31,314 nucleotides of DNA, taken from NCBI GenBank assembly GCA_039803745.1, contig JBDRZD010000016.1, positions 1 to 31,314 on the forward strand. Direction: 5' to 3'. Made by a program: the position numbers and the translations under genes. The notes below the pieces were generated by a model. That model was not told the DNA's origin, did not search any database, and saw only the letters and a program-made list of their open reading frames with translations. The first letter of the stretch is position 1. Every line of letters begins with the position of its first letter. The stretch comes from a candidate division WOR-3 bacterium. GTDB lineage: Bacteria; Hydrothermota; Hydrothermia; Hydrothermales; Hydrothermaceae. This document shows, piece by piece, positions 16,452 to 25,613 of this stretch.

Positions 16452-19066
16452 AGATGCTCCAAATAAATTTTTAACTTTTCAATTTTTTCATTAAACTCAT
16501 TCAATTTTTTTTCATTAAGTGCCACAATTTCCTTCGGTGCTTTTTGCACAAAATCTTCACTCATCAATCTCTTTTTTATTTTATTCACATGCTTTTTTAA
16601 TTCCTCAATCTCATTTTCAATCCTCTTCCTTTCTTTTTCAATATCCACTATTCCTTCAATAGGAATATATATTTCCACCCCTTCACAGGTTGCGAAGGCA
16701 CATTTTTTTATCGGTGTATCTATAAATTCCACCTCATTAATAAATGAAAGTCTTTTAATTTCTTCTATTCTTTCAATAAAAATATTCTTTTTTGATGAAC
16801 TCCCGAGCCATCTTAAAAAGAGGTTGAGTTTTTGATTTATTGGAATGTTATATTCTCCTCTTATTTCTCTTATAATAGTTATCATCTTTTTGATGAATTC
16901 AAAATCTTCATATTCCTCTTTATATGAAAATCCTGAAGGAGCTGGCCATTCAGAAATTGTTATACTTTCTTTTTTATCTGGGAAAGGTAATTTCTGCCAT
17001 ATCTCTTCTGTTATAAAAGGCATAAAGGGATGCAAAATTCTTAAAAATTTTTCAATAACATAAAAGGCTATATAAAGGGCATATTTTTTCTTTTCCTTAT
17101 CTTTAAATCTATCCTTTATAAATTCAAGATACCAGTCACAATACTCATTCCAGAAAAATTTATAGCATTTCCATGCTGCATCAACAAAAGCAAAATTCTC
17201 AAGGTCTTTTGTAACATTTTTTATGAGTTCGTCAAGAGAATAGAGAATCCATTTATCTTCAATATAAAGTTTATTTTTGTCAAAGGATATTTCGTTTTCA
17301 TAGTTTAAGAATAAAAGTCTCGAGGCATTCCATAACTTGTTTGCAAAATTTCTTCCTATTTCCATCTTTTTTTCAGAGAAGAGGACATCCTGTCCTTCAG
17401 GAGTTATAAGACACATGGAGAATCTTACCCCATCTGCTCCATATTTTTTGATTAAATCAAGGGGGTCAGGGGAATTTCCAAGACTTTTTGAAAGTTTTCT
17501 CCTTTTTTCATCCCTTACCATTCCTGTTAAAACAATATTTTTAAATGGGACTTTACCTGTAAATTCAATACCTGCCATTATCATTCTTGCGACCCAGAAA
17601 AATAGTATATCCCATCCTGTTACAAGGGTATCTGTTGGATAAAATTTTTTAAAATCTTCTGTTTCCTTTGGCCATCCCATCGTTGAAAATGGCCAGAGCC
17701 ACGAGGAGAACCATGTATCAAGAACCTTTTCCTCCTGCTTTATTTTTTTAGATTTACATTTTACACATTCTTTTGGAGTTTTTCTTTTTACCATTATATT
17801 ACCACATTTTTCACATTCATATACAGGGATTCTATGTCCCCACCAGATTGACCTTGAAATACACCAGTCTCTTACATTTTCAAGCCAGTTATAATAATTC
17901 TTTTCATAACTTGTAGGGAAAAATATGATTTCTTTATTTTTTGCTGCTTCTATTGCCTTCTCTGCAAGTGGTAGCATTCTTACAAACCATTCCTCTGATA
18001 AGTATGGTTCTATAATTGTATGACATCTATAACATTCTCCTATTGAATGTTTATATTCTTCTATTTTTGACAGAAGTTCCATCTCTTCAAGTTCTTTAAC
18101 TATTCTTTCTCTTGCCTCAAATCTTTCCAATCCTTTAAATTTTCCCGCATTCTCATTCATTTTACCAAATATATCCATAACTATTACTTTTTCAAGACCG
18201 TGCCTTTCCCCAATTTCAAAATCGTTACGGTCATGAGCAGGTGTTACTTTAACGCATCCTGTTCCAAATTCAGGGTCAACGATTTCATCTCCAATAATTG
18301 GGATCTCTCTATTAATAAAAGGAAGGATTGCTATTTTCCCTATAAGATGTTTGTTTTTTTTATCATCTGGATTTATTGCAACTGCAGTATCTCCAAGCAT
18401 TGTTTCAGGTCTTGTTGTTGCAACTGTAATAAAACCGCCTTCTTTAAGTGGATATTTTATAAAATAAAGTTTACCCACTATCTCCCTATGTTCTACTTCA
18501 TCATCAGCAAGGGCAGTTGTACATCTTGGGCACCAGTTTATTATATAAAACCCTTTATATATAAGTCCCTTTTCATATAATCTAACAAAGGCTTCAATAA
18601 CTGCTTCTGAAAGTTCGGAATCCATTGTAAATCGTGTCCTTGAAAAATCACAGGAAACCCCTAATTTTTTTAATTGCTTAAGTATTAAATCACCATATTT
18701 TTCCTTCCATTTCCATACCCTTTTTAAAAATTCTTCCCTTCCTAAATCAAACCTTGTCTTCCCTTCTTTTGCAAGTTCTCTTTCAACAACATTCTGTGTG
18801 GCTATCCCTGCATGATCTATTCCGGGAAGCCATAGAACCTCGTATCCCTGCATCCTCTTCATCCTTATTATTATATCCTGAAATGTATTGTTTAAAACAT
18901 GACCCATTGTAAGACTTCCAGTTATATTTGGTGGAGGCATTACAATCGTATACTTTTCTTTTTCTGATTTATTATTTGCTATGAAATATCCTTTCTCATC
19001 CCAGAAACTAAACCATTTCTCTTCTATTTCACAAGGCTTAAAAACCTTTTCCATTTCTATTTTCAT
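16448..19066 (-). CDS. valS: Valine--tRNA ligase
   Basis: PPPNITGSLTMGH, GIDHAGIATQ, ATTRPET, GTGCVKVTPAHD, DWCISR, DTWFSS, KLSKSLGN, and a C-terminal coiled coil. Confidence 0.98.
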   Translation of the reverse strand: MKIEMEKVFKPCEIEEKWFSFWDEKGYFIANNKSEKEKYTIVMPPPNITGSLTMGHVLNNTFQDIIIRMKRMQGYEVLWLPGIDHAGIATQNVVERELAKEGKTRFDLGREEFLKRVWKWKEKYGDLILKQLKKLGVSCDFSRTRFTMDSELSEAVIEAFVRLYEKGLIYKGFYIINWCPRCTTALADDEVEHREIVGKLYFIKYPLKEGGFITVATTRPETMLGDTAVAINPDDKKNKHLIGKIAILPFINREIPIIGDEIVDPEFGTGCVKVTPAHDRNDFEIGERHGLEKVIVMDIFGKMNENAGKFKGLERFEARERIVKELEEMELLSKIEEYKHSIGECYRCHTIIEPYLSEEWFVRMLPLAEKAIEAAKNKEIIFFPTSYEKNYYNWLENVRDWCISRSIWWGHRIPVYECEKCGNIMVKRKTPKECVKCKSKKIKQEEKVLDTWFSSWLWPFSTMGWPKETEDFKKFYPTDTLVTGWDILFFWVARMIMAGIEFTGKVPFKNIVLTGMVRDEKRRKLSKSLGNSPDPLDLIKKYGADGVRFSMCLITPEGQDVLFSEKKMEIGRNFANKLWNASRLLFLNYENEISFDKNKLYIEDKWILYSLDELIKNVTKDLENFAFVDAAWKCYKFFWNEYCDWYLEFIKDRFKDKEKKKYALYIAFYVIEKFLRILHPFMPFITEEIWQKLPFPDKKESITISEWPAPSGFSYKEEYEDFEFIKKMITIIREIRGEYNIPINQKLNLFLRWLGSSSKKNIFIERIEEIKRLSFINEVEFIDTPIKKCAFATCEGVEIYIPIEGIVDIEKERKRIENEIEELKKHVNKIKKRLMSEDFVQKAPKEIVALNEKKLNEFNEKIEKLKIYLEHL

Positions 19067-19074
19067 AGGTGTTA

Positions 19075-19080
19075 ATTATA
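19075..19080 (-). promoter_or_regulatory. Putative -10 element for valS (probably leaderless or very short leader)
   Basis: TATAAT (19080-19075), 8 nt, ATG (19066). No SD and no clear -35. Confidence 0.4.
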
Positions 19081-19087
19081 AAGGAAA

Positions 19088-20239
19088 TTAATCCAAAAGT
19101 TCTTTAAATTCAGAAACAACATCTAATTTTTCCCAGGAAAACCCCTCTTCTTCTCTTCCAAAATGTCCATAACAGGCAGTTCTTCTATAAATTGGTTGTA
19201 ATAATTCAAGATATTCTATTATCCCCCTTGGAGATAGGTCAAATCTATTTTTAATAAATTCAATAATTCTTTCATCCGGAACCTTACCGGTTTTAAAAGT
19301 ATCAACAAATATTGCCACAGGTTTTGGAACACCTATCGCATAGGCGAGTTGAATCTCACATTTTTTTGCAATTCCTGCTGCCACAATATTTTTTGCAAGG
19401 TATCTTGCCATATAAGCAGCAGACCTATCTACTTTTGTTGGATCTTTACCTGAAAAACATCCGCCACCATGTCTTGCATATCCACCATATGTATCTACCA
19501 TTATTTTTCTACCAGTCACCCCTGAATCTGCCTGAGGTCCTCCAATTACAAATCTTCCTGTTGGATTTATAAAATATTTTGTTTCTTCATCGAGTTTAAT
19601 ATTTTCTTTTTTGAGTACATACTCTATTACATGTTCATATAAATCATCCCTTAATTCATCAATACTTATATCAGGGTCATGCTGTGCTGATAATACAACT
19701 GCCTCAACCCTGTAAGGTTTTCCTCCTCTATACTCTATTGTAACCTGTGATTTACCATCAGGTCTTAAATAATCTAAAATCTTATTTTTTCTAACTTCTG
19801 CAAGTCTTTTTACTAACTTATGGGCAAGCATTATTGGCATTGGCATATATTCAGGTGTTTCATCAATTGCAAAACCAAACATCATCCCCTGATCTCCTGC
19901 ACCACCAGTATCCACTCCTATTGCTATATCCTTTGCCTGTTCTTGAATTGAAGTTAAAACAGCAACAGATTCATAATCCATACCATAAGCAGGATTTGTA
20001 TAACCTGCATTTTTAATAACATCTCTCACAATATCTGGAATTTCAACATAACAGTCCGTTGTTATTTCACCAACAACAATAAGAACACCTCTTGTGGTCA
20101 TTGATTCAACCGCAACTCTTCCATGCTTATCTTTGCTTATTATTTCATCAAGAATTGCATCAGAAACCTGATCACATATTTTATCCGGATGACCCTCTGT
20201 AACTGATTCAGATGTAAATATAAATCTTTTTTCTTCCAT
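19088..20239 (-). CDS. metK: S-adenosylmethionine synthetase
   Basis: [50 protein letters not shown]. Confidence 0.99.
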   Translation of the reverse strand: MEEKRFIFTSESVTEGHPDKICDQVSDAILDEIISKDKHGRVAVESMTTRGVLIVVGEITTDCYVEIPDIVRDVIKNAGYTNPAYGMDYESVAVLTSIQEQAKDIAIGVDTGGAGDQGMMFGFAIDETPEYMPMPIMLAHKLVKRLAEVRKNKILDYLRPDGKSQVTIEYRGGKPYRVEAVVLSAQHDPDISIDELRDDLYEHVIEYVLKKENIKLDEETKYFINPTGRFVIGGPQADSGVTGRKIMVDTYGGYARHGGGCFSGKDPTKVDRSAAYMARYLAKNIVAAGIAKKCEIQLAYAIGVPKPVAIFVDTFKTGKVPDERIIEFIKNRFDLSPRGIIEYLELLQPIYRRTACYGHFGREEEGFSWEKLDVVSEFKELLD

Positions 20240-20241
20240 AA

Positions 20242-20835
20242 TTATTTTCCTCCTTTTAATAAATTTTCAATTATTTTTGCAAAAATATCAAATTCAACAT
20301 TGACAAGTTCTTCTTTTCTTTTAAGAGAAATCGTTGTATTCTTATAAGTATAAGGTATTATTTTAAAAATTCCTCTATTTCCTTTCCTTTCAAAAAGTGT
20401 AAGGGAAATTCCGTCTATCGCAATTTGTGCCTTTTGATAAAGATATTTTTCAAAATTTTTATCAAACTCAATTTCAATCCTCATTTCTTCCCTATTTTTT
20501 AATATTTTTTTTATTTTTCCAATTCCATCTACATGTCCTGTTACGAAATGCCCTCCAAACCTATCTTCTATTTTTAAAGCAGGTTCAAGATTTACAGGAT
20601 AACCTCTTCTTAAAATCCTTCCAAATTTTGTTGTTTTTAAAGTTTCTTCAGATAAAAAAACTTCAAAAATTTTACCATCAACTTTTTCAATTGTTATGCA
20701 TGCTCCATCAATACTTATGCTATCTCCTTCTTTTAGTTTTATCTCATCTTTACATTCTATTTTAGTCCTTTTACCTTTACCCTCACTTTTAACATCCACA
20801 ATTTTACCTGTTGTTTTTATAATTCCTGTGAACAT
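20242..20835 (-). CDS. ribE: Riboflavin synthase (alpha chain)
   Basis: Start set at ATG 20835, giving the conserved MFTGII N-terminus. Motifs: [33 protein letters not shown]. Confidence 0.95.
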   Translation of the reverse strand: MFTGIIKTTGKIVDVKSEGKGKRTKIECKDEIKLKEGDSISIDGACITIEKVDGKIFEVFLSEETLKTTKFGRILRRGYPVNLEPALKIEDRFGGHFVTGHVDGIGKIKKILKNREEMRIEIEFDKNFEKYLYQKAQIAIDGISLTLFERKGNRGIFKIIPYTYKNTTISLKRKEELVNVEFDIFAKIIENLLKGGK

Positions 20836-20837
20836 TT

Positions 20838-21818
20838 TTACCAAAGTTTCATTTTTTCTCTTACATCTTCCAAAGTATTTTTAGCAACCTCTTGTGCCTT
20901 TTTATTTCCCACTTCAATGATTTCTATAATCCTTTTAATATTCTTTTTTAATTCTTTTTTCTTTTCCCTGAAAGGGGCAAGGAAAGAGACCATTTTGTTT
21001 ATGCAATTCTTTTTACACTCAACGCATCCCAGTTTTCCAGATTCACAACCTTCCCTTATTTCTGGATTTTCTTTTCCATCAATAAGAGAGTGGTAAGCAA
21101 AAACAACACATCCATCCGGGTGACCGGGATCACCAAGCTTTATTTTCATAGGATCAGTGTAAGCCTTCATGATTTTCCTCTCCAGTTCTTCAGGTTCTTC
21201 ATCAACAAATATTGTATTGTTCAAAGATTTGCTCATCCTTGCTTTACCATCTATTCCAGGAACTCTTGGGGTTTTTGTTAGAATAGGTTCAGGTAGAGGA
21301 AAGGTTTCACCGTAGAGATAGTTAAATCTTCTTGCAATTTCTCTTGTTATCTCAATATGGGGGAGCTGGTCTTCACCCACTGGAACAAGGTTTGCTTTAT
21401 AAATAAGAATATCAGAAGCTTGAAGAACTGGATAACCTAAGTGTCCATATGAAATGTTTTCTTCAAGTCCTAAATCTCTTACCTGTTCTTTGACGGTGGG
21501 GTTTCTCTCAAGCCTTGCAATAGAAATTAGCATTCCAAAAAGAAGATAAAGTTCTGCATGTTCTTTTACCTTGCTTTGAATAAATATAACCGATTTTTCA
21601 GGGTCTATTCCTATTGAAATCCAGTCACATACAGCTTCAATTATATACTCCTTAATTTTCTCGGTATTTTTATAATCCGTTGTTAAGACATGCCAATCAG
21701 CAACCTCATAAAAGCATTCATATTCTTTTTGAAGATTAACCCAGTTTATAAGAGCACCAAAATAATTTCCTATATGAATTTTACCTGTTGGTCTTAAGCC
21801 TGATAAAACCCTTTTCAT
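20838..21818 (-). CDS. trpS: Tryptophan--tRNA ligase
   Basis: SGLRPTGKIHIGNYFG, GYPVLQASDIL, VPVGEDQLPH, RMSKS. Confidence 0.98.
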   Translation of the reverse strand: MKRVLSGLRPTGKIHIGNYFGALINWVNLQKEYECFYEVADWHVLTTDYKNTEKIKEYIIEAVCDWISIGIDPEKSVIFIQSKVKEHAELYLLFGMLISIARLERNPTVKEQVRDLGLEENISYGHLGYPVLQASDILIYKANLVPVGEDQLPHIEITREIARRFNYLYGETFPLPEPILTKTPRVPGIDGKARMSKSLNNTIFVDEEPEELERKIMKAYTDPMKIKLGDPGHPDGCVVFAYHSLIDGKENPEIREGCESGKLGCVECKKNCINKMVSFLAPFREKKKELKKNIKRIIEIIEVGNKKAQEVAKNTLEDVREKMKLW

Positions 21819-22402
21819 ATTTCAAAATTAATTCCTAATCCAAAAGCAGAATTAAAAGTTGAAATAAATATCTCACTAAAAAGAGAAGTTTTTTGTGTAA
21901 ATTTAAATAAAAATCCCAGTTTCACTTCAACTCCTGGATAAACATCTGTTTCATTTTCCCCTTTTATTTCTTTTGATTCAAAGCCTATTCCCATTCCTCC
22001 TCCGCCATAAGGAATAATTTCTAATTTATCTTCAAGGGGTATTTTATAATCAATTAGAAAATCTGTCAAAAAGAAAAAGTGGAGTAATTTTTCTTCAAAA
22101 TAAAAACCGGTATGAGGAATTACGGAAATATTAAATGGGTAATCTTTTTTACTTTTAAAGACAAGGAAATTTAAGTTTCCATCAACACCAATCCCTGCTT
22201 TAGTATCCCCATTACTTTTAAATAAGAAAGCAGGTTTAATTCCGCCTTCTAAGTTTTCACTTAATCTTACTTCGAAGGAAGCACAAAATCCAAATCTCTC
22301 ACCAACAAGAAAATAGGCTCCAAATCCTGTGTTTTTAACAGGTTCACATACATTAAACCCCGGCACTATTTGATTTATTATTAACACTAAAAACATTTTC
22401 AT
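21815..22402 (-). CDS. Putative small outer-membrane beta-barrel protein
   Basis: Short leader, alternating aromatic/Gly strands, PYGGGGMG, and a final strand FGLGINFEI resembling a BAM beta-signal; SD AAGGAG. Confidence 0.65.
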   Translation of the reverse strand: MKMFLVLIINQIVPGFNVCEPVKNTGFGAYFLVGERFGFCASFEVRLSENLEGGIKPAFLFKSNGDTKAGIGVDGNLNFLVFKSKKDYPFNISVIPHTGFYFEEKLLHFFFLTDFLIDYKIPLEDKLEIIPYGGGGMGIGFESKEIKGENETDVYPGVEVKLGFLFKFTQKTSLFSEIFISTFNSAFGLGINFEI

Positions 22403-22428
22403 CTATTCCTTCTCCTTTTAAAAGTTTA

Positions 22429-22458
22429 ATGTTAAAGAAAAAATACTTGAATTTTCAA
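22429..22458 (-). promoter_or_regulatory. Putative promoter for the OMP-trpS-ribE-metK operon
   Basis: Minus strand TTGAAA (22458-22453), 18 nt, TAACAT (22434-22429). Confidence 0.55.
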
Positions 22459-22460
22459 GT
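22445..22460. repeat. Perfect 7-bp inverted repeat ACTTGAA-TT-TTCAAGT
   Basis: Read directly from the sequence; lies in the divergent intergenic region. Confidence 0.6.
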
Positions 22461-22489
22461 TGAAAAGATATTTTGTTTTAATTTAAAAT
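22460..22489 (+). promoter_or_regulatory. Putative promoter for the nuoIJK-like genes (probably leaderless)
   Basis: TTGAAA (22460-22465), 18 nt, TAAAAT (22484-22489). GTG start 6 nt later, no SD. Confidence 0.55.
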
Positions 22490-22495
22490 TAAAAT

Positions 22496-22876
22496 GTGAA
22501 GTTTATAAAATCTTTCTTCATTTCTTTTAAAAATTTAATTTCAAAAAAAACTGAGTATTTTTATAAAAAAGTCGAGCCTTTAAGACCAAGACATATTTTA
22601 CAAAAATATGGAGATGGTAAAGAAAAATGTACCGGATGCATGATATGCACTGCCATATGCCCTGTTGATGCAATTTATATTGAAGGAGAAGAAGATAAGA
22701 GTTTAAATCCTAAAGGAAAATATGCAAAAATATTTGAGATAGATTATGGTAGATGTATATTCTGTGGTTTTTGTGTAGAGATATGCCCTGAAGAAGCACT
22801 AATAATGGTTGAATATTCTGAACCTGTGTTTTCTTCAAGAAGGGAGATGATTTTAAAAAAGGAGGATTTTTTATAA
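22496..22876 (+). CDS. nuoI: NADH-quinone oxidoreductase subunit I-like 2x[4Fe-4S] protein
   Basis: RHIL...GKEKCTGCMICTAICPVDAI and FEIDYGRCIFCGFCVEICPEEAL; C-terminal REMILKKEDFL. Confidence 0.85.
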   Translation: MKFIKSFFISFKNLISKKTEYFYKKVEPLRPRHILQKYGDGKEKCTGCMICTAICPVDAIYIEGEEDKSLNPKGKYAKIFEIDYGRCIFCGFCVEICPEEALIMVEYSEPVFSSRREMILKKEDFL

Positions 22877-22888
22877 TTTAAAGAAAAG

Positions 22889-23356
22889 ATGAATTATTTT
22901 CTTCTTTTTGCTCTTTTTATTATAATCTTTCTTTCCTATTATATAATTTTCTCAAAAAATATTTTTTATTCAATAATATCACTTCTTATTATAGTTATGT
23001 TCATGAGTATTTTTTATCTTTTAATGGGTTCATTTTTTTTATTCGTGATCAATATTTTTGTATATGCTGGTTGGACAATGGCATTATTAATTTTTGCAAT
23101 TCACACAGACCACCTTAAAAAAGTTAAGGATATAAGAGTTAAAGAAACTCTATTCTCCTTTTTTATTACACTTTTTGTTTATTTCCTTATTTTAAATGTG
23201 TTAAAGAAATACCTTTTCCCAAAAAAAATCATCTCTTTTAAAATGGAATTTATATTCGAAATTCTTCTAAAAGATTATATAACTTTTCTTATGCTTATAA
23301 CATTGATTCTCTCAGTCGGAATAATAGGAACTTTTATAATAATTAAGAGAAGATGA
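22889..23356 (+). CDS. nuoJ: NuoJ-like membrane protein (divergent)
   Basis: Five hydrophobic segments, KNIFYS, VYAG, and position between nuoI and nuoK. Confidence 0.75.
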   Translation: MNYFLLFALFIIIFLSYYIIFSKNIFYSIISLLIIVMFMSIFYLLMGSFFLFVINIFVYAGWTMALLIFAIHTDHLKKVKDIRVKETLFSFFITLFVYFLILNVLKKYLFPKKIISFKMEFIFEILLKDYITFLMLITLILSVGIIGTFIIIKRR

Positions 23357-23604
23357 TAGATGTTTTTTATTTTGGAATAATTTTAATTTTCTTAAACGGA
23401 GTCTTAATTATGATTTTAAGAAGAAGAAATCCTATTTATTTTTTAATCGGGATAATGGTTTCCCTTTCTTCCATTTCTTTATTATTTTTTTTGACATCAA
23501 GAATTTTAGGTAATCCTCACGGTGAAATATATGCAATTTTAATCTTCTCGGTAACAGGAATTTTTATGGCATTCACCCTTTCAATATTGATAAAAAGAAG
23601 TTGA
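23353..23604 (+). CDS. nuoK: NuoK-like membrane protein (divergent; conserved glutamates absent)
   Basis: Three TM helices, RRRN loop, LIGI, and GEIYAIL (resembles GQV); ATGA coupling to nuoJ. Confidence 0.7.
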   Translation: MIDVFYFGIILIFLNGVLIMILRRRNPIYFLIGIMVSLSSISLLFFLTSRILGNPHGEIYAILIFSVTGIFMAFTLSILIKRS

Positions 23605-23629
23605 TATTTCTTATTAAATCCATTATAAT
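23601..23629 (+). promoter_or_regulatory. Putative promoter for htpX (probably leaderless or very short leader)
   Basis: TTGATA (23601-23606), 17 nt, TATAAT (23624-23629). ATG 8 nt later, no SD. Confidence 0.55.
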
Positions 23630-23637
23630 TAAATACT

Positions 23638-24489
23638 ATGAAAGCGAACAAGATTAAAATATTTTTATTTTTAGGAATGTTAATTATACTTTCTTCAATT
23701 TTTGGGAAAATTCTTGGAGGAAATATTTTAATGTTAATACTTTTTGCTTTAACCCTTTTTATAAGTGTATTCTATTATTATTTTTCTGATAAAATAATAT
23801 TTAAAATTTATAAGGTTAAACCCTTACCTTACCATAAATTCCCAGAAATTCATCATATTGTGAAAGAAGTTTCAGAGATTGCTGGAATAAAAAAACCGGA
23901 AATATATGTATTTCCCTCTCTTCATCCGAACATATTTTCAACAGGGAGAGCGCCCCAGAAGGGAGCAATTGTTTTTACCTATGGTATTTTAAAGAGATTA
24001 AATTTAAGGGAATTAAAAGCAGTTGTAGCCCACGAGATCTCCCATATAAAAAATATGGACAGTTTAATACAGATATTTTCTGCAGCATTTGTAAGTACAA
24101 TAACATCAATTGCAAATATTTTTAAATACCTTGTAACTTTTGGTATGGAAACAGAAAATAAAAGAGGCGATCTTTTATATTATTTTATACTTGGAATGTT
24201 TTCTCCTTTTGCTTCCTTATTGATACATCTTTTGATTTCAAAAAATAGAGAATATATTGTAGATGAAATTGCTTCAAAATTAACAAATGATCCTCTTGCG
24301 CTTGCAAGTGCTCTTGAAAAACTTGAATTTATGATAAGAAGATTCCCTCTTGAAATTAATCCTGCAACAAGCCATATATTTATTTTAAATCCTTTAAAAT
24401 CTGGAAATTTTATCTTCAACTTATTTAATACCCATCCTGATGTTGAAGAAAGAATTGAAAAACTTAAAAAACTTTCTTATGTGATATGA
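23638..24489 (+). CDS. htpX: M48 family zinc metalloprotease HtpX
   Basis: Two N-terminal TMs, YYYFSDKI, PNIFSTGR, VVAHEISHIKN.D, SKNREY.D, ALASALEKL, FNTHP..EERI. Confidence 0.93.
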   Translation: MKANKIKIFLFLGMLIILSSIFGKILGGNILMLILFALTLFISVFYYYFSDKIIFKIYKVKPLPYHKFPEIHHIVKEVSEIAGIKKPEIYVFPSLHPNIFSTGRAPQKGAIVFTYGILKRLNLRELKAVVAHEISHIKNMDSLIQIFSAAFVSTITSIANIFKYLVTFGMETENKRGDLLYYFILGMFSPFASLLIHLLISKNREYIVDEIASKLTNDPLALASALEKLEFMIRRFPLEINPATSHIFILNPLKSGNFIFNLFNTHPDVEERIEKLKKLSYVI

Positions 24490-25613
24490 AGATATTTTTA
24501 ATTATGCTTTTGAATCTTTCAAAAAGTATATACGGTGATTTCTTTTATTTTCCAAAGGAAAATAAGGATTCAATAGTAATATATTTAGAAGTTCCTGTTG
24601 ATTTTCTTGTTTTCAGTAAATATAAAAATAATTATTTCACTGAAATGGAAATAAATTTTGCTCTTTATGATAAAAATGGAGAAATAGTGAAAGGAGAAAG
24701 AATAAGTGAGAGAATAGAGGTTTTAAGACTTCCAAAAGACTCTATTATATCAAAGGAATTTGTGATTCTGGACACCCTGAAAGAGAAAAGGGCTTCGGTT
24801 AAAATAATAAATTTTGAAAAAGAATGGAAGATGGAAAGGAATTTTAAAAGGGAAGGTGATGTTATTCTTGGTGACATTGTTTTTCTTGACGATAGTAATA
24901 GAGTGATTCATAGGGTTGAGAAAAATAAAAGTATAAAAGTTTTTATGCAGATCTATTCAAAAAAAGAGATTGACGAAGATTTTAAAATTGAATTCTGGAG
25001 AAAAAATGATATCAAGAAATATTTTAAAGATCATTTAAAAGGTAAAGGAAATATTGAAATCAATAAAGAAATAGATTTAGAAAATCTTTCAGCAGGCGAT
25101 TATAAAGTAAGGGTTTATTTTGAAAAATCAAAAAAATATTCTGAAAAGATATTAAGTTTTTATGGTAGATATTTATTTGGAGATGAGAATTTTTATATGA
25201 TTGTTGATGCCCTTTATTATTTTGCGGATCAAAAAGATGTTGATTCTTTAAGACTTGCACCTTTTGATAGAAGAGAAAAAGCCTGGGAGAAATTCTGGTC
25301 AAAAAGGGATCCAAGCCCTTTAACACCCGAGAACGAATTTGAGGAGGAATTTTTAAGGAGATTCTATTACGCAAATGAAAGTTTTAGCACCCTCAATATA
25401 CCAGGTTATAAAACAGCAAGGGGAAGAATATATATCTTATATGGTGAACCTGACGAAATTGAGAGACACCCATTTGAAATAGATACTTATCCTTACGAAA
25501 TATGGTATTATTATAATAAAAGATTGAAATTTGTTTTTGTTGATAGAAAGGGGACAGGTGAATATGAACTTGTTCCTTCTGATTCTTATAGGTATATCTC
25601 CCCCTGGAGATAA
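24486..25613 (+). CDS. GWxTD domain-containing exported protein
   Basis: FWSKRDPSPLTPENEF...R..YANESF...GYKTARGRIYILYGEPDEI...YEIWYY...FVFVD..GTGEY. Confidence 0.85.
   Translation: MKIFLIMLLNLSKSIYGDFFYFPKENKDSIVIYLEVPVDFLVFSKYKNNYFTEMEINFALYDKNGEIVKGERISERIEVLRLPKDSIISKEFVILDTLKEKRASVKIINFEKEWKMERNFKREGDVILGDIVFLDDSNRVIHRVEKNKSIKVFMQIYSKKEIDEDFKIEFWRKNDIKKYFKDHLKGKGNIEINKEIDLENLSAGDYKVRVYFEKSKKYSEKILSFYGRYLFGDENFYMIVDALYYFADQKDVDSLRLAPFDRREKAWEKFWSKRDPSPLTPENEFEEEFLRRFYYANESFSTLNIPGYKTARGRIYILYGEPDEIERHPFEIDTYPYEIWYYYNKRLKFVFVDRKGTGEYELVPSDSYRYISPWR

Noticed and set aside
22403..22495. T-box, SAM or FMN riboswitch upstream of the trpS/ribE/metK operon or valS
   Set aside because: The intergenic spaces are too short (93 nt here, 21 nt before valS) and lack the conserved structured motifs.
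22494..22499. ATGTGA start-stop mini-ORF overlapping the nuoI GTG
   Set aside because: Easily arises by chance and probably begins at or before the predicted TSS; no supporting evidence.
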